64,000 bases of DNA from Podarcis erhardii (Eukaryota). Shown in pieces: positions 1-12,500 of the stretch. The stretch is from NCBI GenBank assembly GCA_964252035.1, contig OZ176205.1, one strand, 5' to 3'. The position numbers and the translations under genes are program-made. Position 1 is the stretch's first letter. The number at the start of each line of letters is the position of its first letter. The notes under the pieces were generated by a model. The model saw only the letters and a program-made list of their open reading frames with translations. It ran no database searches and was not told the origin of the DNA.

Positions 1-1167
1 ACTATCGGGGGCAAAGCTAAAGTGGCTGCCTAAGGACATTATCTTCTGTATTTTTTCAGGGTAGATCATGAGCATCTGCAACAAGTCCCCTTTAACCTTT
101 CACAATCGGTTAAATAAATACTCGATCATGACATTACACAGTCAGAATTAAACTAAGAGTACAAATGGGACTTAAGAATGTTGCAGGTTATAACTTTGAA
201 TAAAAAGTTATACCATTTGATGGCATTCTTCCTTCCACAGCGTCACAGAGATCTAACTCAATGGAATACTATTAAAATTAAAATTTTAAAAAGCAAAGGC
301 TAGTGGTAACACTATTCTTAAAGCATAAGAAAACTGTTAAAAAAGATCTTTAGGTATTTAGAGAAACATCACGCTTTAGCTATAAAATCTTTGCTTCAGC
401 TTTTTTCAAGGAAGGAAGAAGATCTGTAACATGGCTGCCATCTCTGAATGGTTTTTTCCACTTTGGTTCCACTGAAAATGAGATTACATGCTTGGATGGG
501 GATAAACCTAATTAGCGGATAATGGGATTCCTTCACAGACATTTTATACTATCTACAAGAGTTGACTCATCTGCATTATTACACGTTTCTTTGCTGTTTT
601 GAGGGGGGAAATCCTGTAAAACAAATGCAACGAGCACAAATCCTTCATTTTGTAGGAATTGTCTGTCATTTTGAACTGCAAATTCCCAAGACATAATAAA
701 CAGAGCAGAGAAATTAAAACAGAGTTGTATCATTATTTTTGTACTTCATTATTACTAAGAATTAACACCTTCTGGAGCACTTTTCAATGTACAAAGAACT
801 TTACAGTTCTTATTCTTATCCTGTCAGGGGATTTCGGTCTAAATATAGTGATACTGTTAGAAGTGCAAAGTTAAGAAGAGGCTTGAGCAGACTATGCTAG
901 AAAGACCCTTGAATAAACTGAATGGGGATGGACTCAAATTAAAAAAAAACACTTCAATAGAAGTTAAGCTCAAGTTCACTTTTTCAGACTTCATAGACCC
1001 AGCGGTTTGCTTGAGTACTAAAAAGCACTGGCTTTGTACATATGGTTAATAACTGTAGCTATATGTTTTCTTAAAATATATTGCCTTTGATCTTGAGAGA
1101 AGAGGGGAGGAGCACTCCCTCCCATGCTGTTCGGGAGGGTCTTGCACTGTTGTGCTCTGCCTTGAGC

Positions 1168-1234
1168 CATAGGGAAATCCTATTCGGAATAAGGGAAATT
1201 CCTTTTTTTAAAAAGGGAAACTTTGACAGCTATG
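1168..1234. mobile_element. Internally deleted remnant of a short non-autonomous DNA transposon (MITE)
   Basis: CATAG...GGAAATCCTATTCGGAATAAGGGAAATT...AAAGGGAAACTTTGACAGCTATG resembles a short palindromic lizard repeat (recalled, not searched). Only one terminus is intact. Confidence 0.35.
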
Positions 1235-1312
1235 CCTGAAGTCTGAAATGATGAAGGGTGACAGAAATTAGAAACCCTGTCGCCTGCTCTAGACCGTCAG
1301 GATAATGCGAAT

Positions 1313-1348
1313 AAACAAACAAACAAACAAACAAATAAATAAATAAAT
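1313..1348 (+). repeat. Compound microsatellite (AAAC)5(AAAT)4
   Basis: Read directly. May be a retroelement tail. Confidence 0.9.
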
Positions 1349-3325
1349 ATACAACAACACTGATTAGAAATTAGTTGCTCAAGGCTGTTCTACAGCAAGC
1401 AGGTGTTTCATAACATTTAAGAAATGGTTAACATTTACAATTCCTTAATCATACAGCATCTTATGTGATTAGTCCTGGAGTGTACTCAGCTCCATATAAA
1501 AGCCTATTATAGTCAAATGGCCTAGTATTTTGCAGGAAGAGCTCAGAGTGTAAAGGATGAGACCGTTAACTTTATAATTAAAAGGAACTACCTGATGCCA
1601 CATTACAACTGCTGATCACTATCATCCAGACTCTGAAAAAAGTGTATTCAATACTTAATTAGACAGCTGTTCCACAGGATTACAAATTCTCATATTTTTT
1701 TAAAAAAAGCACAGAAGCACCTTAAGTAGTAATAGGAGAACCTTGAGGAACATGCTGTGGAAGGACTTCGAAGGAGAAGAGTTTAAAGCTCTTGCTAGAG
1801 CATTGATAAACAGCAGTGTGAAAAGCTAGGGAAACTTTGGAAAGTCTCAGCTGGAATGGGGGTTAAATGATGGGAACACAGAGGATTCCAAACCAAACCA
1901 TTACAAATTCTAATGCCTGCAATAATTTCTGCTCATTTAGAAAATTTGTATCTTGTTGTATTATTCTGAAAAGTTTGTTCTGACTTCAGAATGGGTTTGA
2001 GATTTCCCCACAAATTTAACAATTTCTGTCTCATGATGATTAGGCAAATTATTCAGATTGCATAAGTTTGATTACCAACCCTTTTGCTTTCTAATTGTAG
2101 AATTTTTAAAAAAGGCCCAATGCCACAATAGCTGCCAGCGTCCCACATCCTTAGAAGCATTTAGAAACAGAGTTTCCCAGAAAGTTGTGCCCCCCGAATG
2201 TTATTCAGCCGCAATGAGAAACAAAATGGAAAAAATGCATGTTACTTAGTACAAAATTATAAATCCCCCACAAAGGTTGATTACAGATGCTACAAGTATA
2301 TGCTAATCCAAAAGTAACGAATGGTTTTTCAGAGTATCTCACTGTAAAAATGGCAGCATAATTCATATTCTTAATGAGAAAATGGTGAGGACAAAATAAG
2401 AAAGCAGCCAAAGCCTTTTATCCTGATAGCAAATTCACAAATACTACAGAGTAGTAGGCATAACTAGCAAGAACTTGCGCATTGCTAGTTGCAAATAGTG
2501 GGCTTGCTTAACAATGGCCAGCTTGAAGTTGGCTTGTTTAGCAACTGACCAATATTCATTTTAAACCAGGATCCCTGGCTGTCACACAACACCAGACTGA
2601 GATTAACAGAAACGAGAAGACGTATTCCTATGGACGCATAGAACAAGAAGGGGGTGCGGAAAAGCATGAAAGCTACGGTTTAGTGTTATGTGTGAAGCAG
2701 CCCAGTGACTTCAGGCAGGCTTATTGCATTTAGGTCATGAACTCATTAGAGAAGAATGCTTATTGCTGCTTCTACAAAAGCAAATATGAAAGCAAGGTAA
2801 TTCAGTTTGGGCCAAGCTACGTGAAAAAAACAACACAATATGGGACTCTGTTAAAGATGTCACACTCTAACCAACAGAGCTATGTTTTCACACAAGAACA
2901 AATGTTATCCGCTCTCGAGCCAAGTCAAAATGGTCACAAATGACATGGAGTTAAACTGACTTCAGTTTGAAGGAGAATACGGACATTTTAACTATGTGTA
3001 CACACAAAATACTCAAGAGTAATCAAAGCATAAGATAATGTTAGAAGTGGAGGCAGTCAGTCTTAGTTTGAGATCCATTTTTAAATACACATTTCTATTT
3101 TATTACTCATATGCTAGGGGAGCATTCACATGAGCAGGGGTGGCGGCTTTTCAGTACTAGAACAAACATAATTTACCCATGCTGTACTATTACGTGCAAA
3201 TCATTATGCTGCAGACGGATTAGAACGCACAACTGTTGTATGTGCTTGAGGTATGCGGAACAACCCATACATTGTAACTTGATAAATAAGCAGAATAGGA
3301 ATGCAAAGGAAGTTCCTTTACTTAC

Positions 3326-3541
3326 GTCTCTCCTGGGAAAAGTCCCTAGTAGCTTGAATTCTTCCCAAGGATATCCCTTGGAAGCCACAAAATCAAAGAC
3401 GACCTGCAGCTTGCTATTGGCAAGGAAACGTCGTTCAAAGAATTCTCCACTAGGCGTTCGGATACGCAGCTTACTCACTGATTCCGGGCTCTCATCTTTT
3501 GGCTCTGGAGGCAAAGCCTGCTCTAGAGATAGCCTAATAGC
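3326..3541 (-). CDS. FAF1: FAF1 coding exon (exon 18 equivalent), 216 nt, phase 0/0, UBX domain
   Basis: Acceptor TTCTTCAG|GCTATT, donor GAC|GTAAGT. Encodes AIRLSLEQALPPEPKDESPESVSKLRIRTPSGEFFERRFLANSKLQVVFDFVASKGYPWEEFKLLGTFPRRD, with the UBX R...FPR p97-binding motif. Confidence 0.97.
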
Positions 3542-6500
3542 CTGAAGAAAGAAGAAGGACACATAGGGTTTTAGCAACTTTCCCTTTTCTTTCTGTAGCT
3601 TAGCTACTGAGACTGCCACTGCATTGTATCTGATTAATTTTAACTCAATGTCCCATCAATGGCTGCTATGGTTGGAAAAGAGAGAGGAAGGAACTCCCAA
3701 GTGCTTGAAGATGAATCTATTTCAGGCCTAACACATTTTGGAATAAGACTGGGGGGGGGGGCAAGCTTTGAATAGTAATTTTAATTAAATGCATAAACCA
3801 GTGTAGCTTCTTCCTGTTGCAAATTGTCCCAGATGCATTGTCCCAGAAATCAATCTCTTTCAAGCACCTGATTTTGTGGTTGTTTTTCTGCTATGGTCAA
3901 AAAGGCCTTCTCTCCAAGATGTTTGACTACGTTCTATTACATTATGTGAAGCAACTTGTCTTAGGAAATAGGCAACCTCTTACTACATGTTGCAACATTT
4001 TCCCAACATCTAGGCTATATATACCGGAAGGAGTGTCTCCACCCCCATCGCTCAGCGAGGTCCTCTTCCGAGGGTCTTCTGCTGGTTCCCTCACTGCGAG
4101 AAGCGAAGTTACAGGGAACCAGGCAGAGGGCCTTTTCGGTGGTGGCGCCCTCCCTGTGGAACACCCTCTCTTCAATTGTCAAGGAGATAAAGAATTACAC
4201 AACTTTTAGAAGACATCTGAAGGCAGCCCCGTATCGGGCGGTTTTTAACGCTTGATGTTTTTATTATGTTTTTAGATATGCTGTAAGCTGTCCAGAGTGG
4301 CTGGGGAAACACAACCAGATGGGTGGGGTATGAATAATAAAATAATTATTATCACATCTCTCCTGCACATGTTTGTGGTCAAAATAATGGGATGCACAAC
4401 TCCTGTGTCCTTTGAGATACTGGACTCACCTCTATTCTGACAAGGAGCTGAACCATGTTGATCCTAGGAACCATATACTAATCCTGGGAAGCAGACAGTC
4501 TCTCCTTAGTTTTATCACTGAGATTCAAATCCTGAGTGAACAAGGCAGCACAGACCCTACAACTCAAGAGAAGTAGGCCATCCAAGCTGCCTATCAACTT
4601 ATCCTGACTTAGAAGGATGATAAAGGATTTATAGTTCAGACTGTAACTTTGGGCCACTGCACCTGGCTCTTAACTGCTAGCTCTTGGTACCTGGTTCTTA
4701 CTCTGCCAAGAGTCAAGTGCTGTCCTGTCCTTATTATGGTATGGCAGTGCTGGAGGTCCTGTTTCCTTTGGCCTGTCCTCCATAAACTTGGCTAGCAGGA
4801 GGAAAATGCTTTTCTCTTATTTATTTCTAATTTTAAGCATGCAAAAGCCTCATTTTTGGAAAGCAAATTCTTCTCCAAGTATTCAGGTTGACATCTTGTG
4901 TCAGAAGAACTTGGTTTCCACAATGCAGTTCTATGATGTATATTTCAATATCACATCCATCTTTATTCATTTCTTAATAACAGCTCAGAAAACAACTAAT
5001 TAAAATAAATCCTCCTCTTATAACACATTATTAAACCTATAGTTTACTGCATAGTGGTGATAGGTAATTTAATTGTTGGGCAGAAAGGGCTTAGGGAATT
5101 TTGATTGAGGGAATAATTGTCAAGTGCCAAATTGCTTTTTAAAGCATAAAATCAAAACCATTAAATATTTAGACTAATTAATTAATTAATTAAAATCCTG
5201 TAACCGTCTCACAGGCAAAATGCTTGACCAGATAACACAATAAATACACAAGACCAGATAATACAAAAAAACACCTGAACTCTTTACAAAGAAACCTGCA
5301 ATAAAATTATCTGAACAATAATTTGAGTAATCCTATATACACACTTACTCTGGGAGCAAGACCCATTGAACTCAGTGGGGCTAATTTCTGAGCAGACATG
5401 TACAAGATAACACCGTTAACTGATGTGAAGCTGCTTTTCAGGTAAACACTAACAGTGCAATCATATACATGTTTATTCAAAAGTTAGCCTCAGTGAGTTC
5501 AGTGGGACTTGCTATTTATATAACTTCATTGAAATGAAGCTACTTCGAAGATATGCACTACATTAAACAAAACTTTTATAAATAAATTTGATTTAAAATA
5601 ATATTGCTGTCTGCTAGATCTTTTAAATGTTTGAACTGAGTAATGAAATTCCAATGATTTTAGTCAGCCTTTGGAATGCTCAAGCTTCTTTAGATTCTGC
5701 CCAATGGGTTTAGGACTGGGGTGGACAGAAAGTTGAAAAGCTATATGAGCGACTGAGATATCAATCATAACGAGAATCAAAGACCAACAGGACAAAGCAT
5801 GAATCCAAGCACTTATGCTTGTGCAAGGCAGCCCTCTCAAATTCTGCCCAATTCCAGCGTCCGACTGCAACCCCCTTGTACCCTCTTCCATTCATTTCAT
5901 AGGGTCACTGAACTATCAGGAGCATTATTTGGGGTGCGTAGGAGGCTTTAGTGGGGAGGAAGGGCCCAAAACACCCTTCTTCAATAACTGAATTTTGCTT
6001 GTGTTTCTGTGGAACCAACCCTTAAAATGTATTTTGGTCTAGTGGTCTTTTTTTTAAAAAAAGGGTATTTTTTTATTATCTTTGTCCATGTTTTCTACTC
6101 AAGCACCTGCTTTTTATCCTTGTGTGTTGACATTTTCCATTGCTGTACAACAGATGCAACATTATTTACTAAACCCAAGCCATTATATCAGAGGAAAACA
6201 AACAACAGTAGCTCATTAGAGTTGTTTTCATTGTGCAAACAATACTCCACCCCCCTCAAAGTAACCAGTCTCCAGTACTAAAGCATAAAAATAGCTATTT
6301 ACAATGGATATTCTACACCACCGGACTAACTTAAAGGACAATGATGCTTAGAGTAAGGTTAACAACTCATGGATCTGCATTTTATTGATTAAAATATATA
6401 TATTCAGAATGTGAATAGGGTGGATGATTTTCAAATAGACAGGCTAAGCCAAACGTCTGTCAGGTAAGCAAACACTATTGCACAACAAGAGATTGTAGGT

Positions 6501-9500
6501 AATCCATGCACTTGGACATGGGGAGTGTTAGTAAACAGCATGGCGAACAATGCTTTTGTACTGCTATACAAATATATCTTATTTTCTTTTCATTATAGCA
6601 ATCTGCATTAAATCGAGGAGGCCAGTTGCAGGTTGAAATGAGGACTGGTTCTGCAGCTCTGAGTAAGAAAACAGTTTATAAAAGGCCATTGTATCCAAAA
6701 GAAAGGTTATGTAGCACAATAACAGTGCACCTATATGGGCAGTATTTATTTTAGAGAGGGACAGAAGCCATTTTGTGCAAGCAGAGTTTTTTAAATAGAA
6801 TATACACTGATGGATTTATATTTTTATTTTGACACTGCCATTGTGATTATGTGTGCAAATTAACATAGGGGTGCCACTAACTATATGTTCAAAGTAAAAT
6901 GTCTCACTTCACGTTCTTCTTCCTGTTCTTTCTTAATCTGCTCCAAACGAAACTGCTCTGCAATTTCTCTCTCTTGTGCTTCTCTCTGCAGAGATGAAAT
7001 AAACAAGTCACTTCAGATATCATTTATCATTAAGGTACACTATCATATTCCAATGGCCCTCATTTTCCTACAAATTATGCCATGCAAAATATTGGTTGTC
7101 CAAACTGTGAATGTTCCACAGTTTTCATGGTTTCTCTCAGAGGGAGGCTGTTTTTGGATTACTAGAAAAAGGAGAAATGCATCACAAGAAGGAAGGGCAA
7201 AAGAAGACTCAAATTTGCATAAAATCTGCATATATTGATGAGTGTGTGTATAGATACAAATTTAGAAATAACACCACCCATGGCCGCCACATTTTCTCAA
7301 CTAGAGAGTAAGCTTAATATCATAATGTAATTCCTGGTCTCAAAAGAGTTCATAAAAATATCTTAATTCATCACTAAATCACATTCTCTAGTATAGAACT
7401 GTACATACCTTTGCTCTATCCGCTTCAAGAGAGATTCTGTAAGCTTCATCTTGTTCTCTTTTCACATTCTCTCGGGCCTCACGTTCATCCTGGTATGGGA
7501 AAAGAAGGCCAAGAATCAGATTAGGACCCCAAAATTATGTATAATATTTATTCATTCATTCATATCCCATATTTTCTCCATGGAACTCAATGTGGCATAC
7601 TTAGTTCTCCTCCCCACACCCCTGCAATGTAGGTTAGGCAAAGAGACAGTGACTGGTCTCCCAGATCTTAGTACAACACTCTAACCACTAGACCACATGG
7701 GCTCCTCTATTAGGTGGCAATAATGTTTGGATTAATATCCCAAGTGATTGCTTCTTCCACTGCAGAATGAGGAACTAGAAGAAAGCATCTAGCTTAACAA
7801 TAAAAACAAAACAAATAAAAAGCCTAATAAACCAAGAAATCATAATCTAAGTCATTATTATTTTTAAGCTAGGTCACTATGCCATTCAGGTTAGTCACAT
7901 TATATGGAGTCTGATCCTATGCATGTTTATGCAGAAGTGTGTTCTACTAAATTCAATGGATCTTACTCCCAAAGTAAGTATGCATTGGACAGTAGCCTAT
8001 TAGAAAATCTGTATATTCAACTTGGGCTCATTTTGTAGGGATCTGAAAAACTATTCAAATTGCAACAGTCTCTTACCAATTTAAATCAACTCTAAAGCAA
8101 CTGAAGACATTAGTAGTAGAAACAGAAACAGAACTCTGGGGTAACAAAACCAATTGATTTATTTCCATGATGTGGCTACTCTAAATTCCAAATATGGACA
8201 AAATGACAAATAAAGGAATGAGAGGCAAGTTCAGTTTCTAAGGCCAGAAAATAGGCTCTAGCTGATCTAAGCAAGTGTTATCATGCTGCTCGATTCCATC
8301 AGATTTGCTCATGGTAAAAATCTCACTGATTCACATATTTGGGGTTAGAAAAGGAACTTTCTTCTCAATCAAAGTGCTTTTGTTGTTGCCTTCCCTAGTA
8401 CCAACTCTCTTGCTTCAATCACCTGGAGTACATCTGCTCTCTGCCAAGTTTGCACTGCACCACTTGAGTGAAAGGAGCTAGGGAGTGAATGGCCCTGTCT
8501 TTGAGCATGAGACATGAGCATGATGACACATTATCCAAATAGCTTAACAACTGATGACCAGTCTTTGTTGCTGCTTTGTATTTGTCATACACCCCAGCGT
8601 TTAAACAGGATTTATTTAGGCAGGAATAAAGGTACTAAATTATTTCACACTAAGGACTACTCCTGCCTTGATAAGACTCTAAATCACCACTTAAAATCAG
8701 TGGGTTATTAAAAAATATTTTTTGGCAAATATGTATTTGTGACATAAATAAAGCCAGCAATGCTTCACTTTTGTAACAATATAATTATACAGCTGATGAC
8801 GATGATTTCACAGCTTTAAATAAATTGTATTTGAAATCCAGCTGAATAATTTGAAGATTTAGGCTGCCCTTCATTCTTATAGATAAAAGGGCTGTAGACA
8901 ATAGGCATAAATAAAATTAAAAATTGCTATATCAATACAGTATCATACATAAAATAAGGCAACCATTTTCATAAAAGAATTAGAGACAATGAAACTCACT
9001 CAGAGCAGACTAAATGGTTTTCAAGACTAGCTTCCAAATTCCTTGGCAAACAATTATATTTTGACATGGCACACAGACTATTATTATAAAGTCAGCACAA
9101 GTTAGTGTCCTTTGGAGAAGTATTTCAAAGGTGGGAGACCACCACAGAGAAGGCTCTCCTCCAAGGTTCTTAAGGCACAGAGTATGTGGGTCCCAAGGCA
9201 TATATTGCTTTAACAATAAGCACTAGCACCAAAAAGTGGGCTTCAGGTGAAAAGGCAGTCAACATAATCAATGTAATGTAATTCCATCTGGCTGCACCAC
9301 CTAGCAGCTTCGTTCTGTACCCGTTGAAGCTTCTGAGTAGCTTTCAAGGATAGCACCATGCACAAGCTGAAGTGGCTAAGCGTCATCCCTCACCATTGTC
9401 TATATGGACTGAGGCTGAAGGGAGCTGGGGTCCCAACAACATCTGGAAGGCCACAGGTTAGCCACCACTGCATTAGAGTAAACCAAATCAAAAGTTACCA

Positions 9501-12500
9501 GAGCATGGTTCCTTGTGGCAAGGCTATTCCTGTTCTCAGCTGGCAAACCAGTATGACACTGTATTTTTCCAGACAGGCAGTTTCAGGCATTTCCCTTAGG
9601 TTTAGTTCTTCTTCTTCTTCTTGGCATTATTTAAACGGGATATGCAAGGGATGTCAGGAATGTAACAACACATTATGCATGACTGCCTCTCTGGGACAAA
9701 GGTGTGAAATGGCACAGCTAAACCTCCATTTCAAAGGGAACAGTTTCCTAAGCAGATGTACCTTCTAAATCAAGTTCATGATTAGACAATGGAAAATTGT
9801 TTATCTAAGTAGGAGATTTAACTATCTAAAATATTTGCATAGTTTTTTTAAAAAAATACTATGTTTTAATTAAGATTAATGTTGCATTGCAAAGTAAGCA
9901 ATCCGCAGTACAGGACTTCATCAGTGTGAGATTACAGAGAATATTATGATACCCTTTCATACTTGCAAAAATAAATATTTGCATACCGCCAGCAACAGCC
10001 CTGCTCCCAAGGTTTCTTGGCCCCTTGGAGCATCAGCAAAGGACATGTCTCTCTTGCAGTGCTTCCCCCTGCAATTATGTTGTGCCTTTGCAATGCCAGA
10101 GTAGACCCACCTTTACTGAGAAAACTATGCATCTGCTCTCCTCCCCTTCTTCCTCATCTGTGAGAGTTCCTCTTACAACCTGCAGAGTTATATCTTCGTT
10201 TTATTTATTTATGGGACTTAAAACCCAGCTTTTGACAGCTTCAATGAAGCATCATATGAACACTGCACAGCAGCAGCCTCTCTTCACAACAAGGTGTATG
10301 AGCAAATTTCTTTACTCTTGCTACCTACTTCATCAGATGTGCAACAGCACTGAGTGAGTGCTTACCAACATGAGCACAAACCAACCTTTGTAACAGAGAA
10401 AAAGTTCTTACTGCCATTTAAAAGCCAGCTGATTATGCCATGTTTTGGATTTCATCTACTCCTTCAGGAGCAGGGCCTTTTCTACTACAGCATGGTGCTT
10501 TGGAACTCACTTCCAAAAGAAGTTCATACAACCTCTTCCCTGCTAGCCTTTAGAAAGATAAGCATTTTTTAAAAAATTATTTGGACCTTACTTCCTATTG
10601 TTTTATTGCTTGCCCTTGTTGGTTCAGTGCTTTATTTTAATTTTGTAAACTTGTCTAATGTACCTATGAAAGTAGAGCATCAATAAAAAACATTTTCTCA
10701 TTTTGGAAAAGCATTTAAAACTTAACATATAAAGTGGCAAGCTGCCTTATACAAGACCATTCTAACTCATTACTGTCTATTCAGGCAGGAAGCAGTTCCA
10801 CAAAGTCATTTTAACCAGAAATGTCAAGGACTAAACTTGGGACTCTACACATACAGGAAATGTCATTGAGTGATGGTCCTACTCAAAGATGATCAAGGGT
10901 CTGGAAATCAAGCCTTAGGAGGAAGGGCTGAAGGAGCTTGGTATGTTTAGCCTGGAAAAGAGGAGACTGAGATAGCCATCTTCAAATATATCAAGGGCTG
11001 TCACATTGAAGATGTTTTCTCTTCCATAATCAAAACAAAACAAATTCCTTCCAGTAGCACCTTAAAGACCAACTAAGTCAGTTCTTGGTATGAGCTTTCG
11101 TGTGCATGCACACTTCTTCAGATACACCATGCACATGCATGCACACGAAAGCTCATACCAAGAACTGACTTAGTTGGTCTTTAAGGTGCTACTGGAAGGA
11201 ATTTGTTTTGTTTTGACTATGGCAGACCAACACGGCTACCTATCTGTAACTTCTCTTCCATAAAAGCTTGTTTTCTCTTGCCCCAGAGAGTAGGACTCAA
11301 TCCAGCAGATTCAAGTTACAAGAAAGGAGATTCCAACTAAACATCAAGAAGAACTTTCTGAGGGGATGAGCTATTTGACAATGGAAAAAAAACTGCCTAG
11401 AGTGGCAGTTCTTGGTGGTGGACTCTCCTTCCTTGCAGGTTTTTAAGCATAAGTTGGATGGTCATCTGTTATGAATGCTTTAGTTGAGATTCCTGCATTG
11501 CAGGGTTTGGACTTGATGACCCTTGGGGTCCCTTCGAACTCTACAATTCTATGATTCTACTCTTTAAATTGAGGCTATTCTTATTAATAGCCTGTATTCA
11601 TAAATTAAGTGTTTGTGTAAATATAAGCTATCCTCCTCAGTTTTAATACCAGTCATATTTCTTTTTCGATACTGATAGCAAAGCAAAAACATCTACAGTC
11701 AAATTTCAGAATGCAGATAAAAATTAAAAGTTGCCTTTAAAATGTAAGTTTCATTAAATGTTCTACTCCAAGTAATTACATGGAGCTTTTTCAAGACATG
11801 CTTGCTAAGGGCTTTACAGGTCACTGGAAAGCAAATGACATTTCACTCCCTTGACAGCCAACCAGCAATATTGCTCACTTACGGTTGTTGAGAAAATGTG
11901 AATGCCAGAAGTTGAATCTTGCCCAGATTCAAAAAGCATAATGGGCAAACAAGCTCATAAGAGTTGCCATCCTCTATAACTTAGATAATTATTATTCATT
12001 AAGTACAGGTGAACATAATTGTACCTCAATGCCTGGCTAGTTGGGAGAAACAAAATTTGTCTGGAACAGTAACTAGATGATAGAAGGAAGCCAATTTACC
12101 TCACCCTTCCTACTATATAACAGTGACACACAGCAGCTTACACAGTCAGTGTGTGGGGTGGAGAATGACAAACCTAACAAACAATTTTAATGAAATCTAT
12201 GAGTAAAACTCCAAGATACTATAATATAACTCAAGCAATGTGTTAGTTCTACTGGGCTTTACTCAAGACAGCAGTCCATATCCCAGACATTATTACAAGT
12301 AAAAACGTGAACCGTTTATCAGCAGGAGGTGGTGGTAGGCAAAAAGCTCTTAAATTGCTTTCTAGTGCTCCTTGTAAGCTTTAGCTTTTTAAGTAAACTG
12401 CTTTGAGAACACTTGTGTGGAAAAGTGGCACATAATGTTGGGTTGGGTTGGTTAGCATCCTAATAAGACATCCATGAATCATACAGCTCCTTCAGTCCAT

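Larger units (their letters stand above)
10887..11559 (+). mobile_element. CR1 LINE 3' end, interrupted by a Penelope insertion
   Basis: GGCTGAAGGAGCTTGGTATGTTTAGCCTGGAAAAGAGGAGACTG...CAAGTTACAAGAAAGGAGATTCC...GGACTCTCCTTCCTTG...GGTCCCTTCGAACTCTACAATTCTATGATTCTA. Ends in the CR1 (ATTCTRTG)n terminus. Confidence 0.9.

Noticed and set aside
1-3325. Terminal FAF1 exon (…LDPNKSLLEVKLFPQETLFLEAKE*)
   Set aside because: No matching sequence found by eye; it presumably lies beyond the left edge.
3111-3545. 144-aa plus-strand ORF as a possible antisense gene
   Set aside because: It mirrors FAF1 exon 18, which suppresses stops on the other strand. No recognisable domain.
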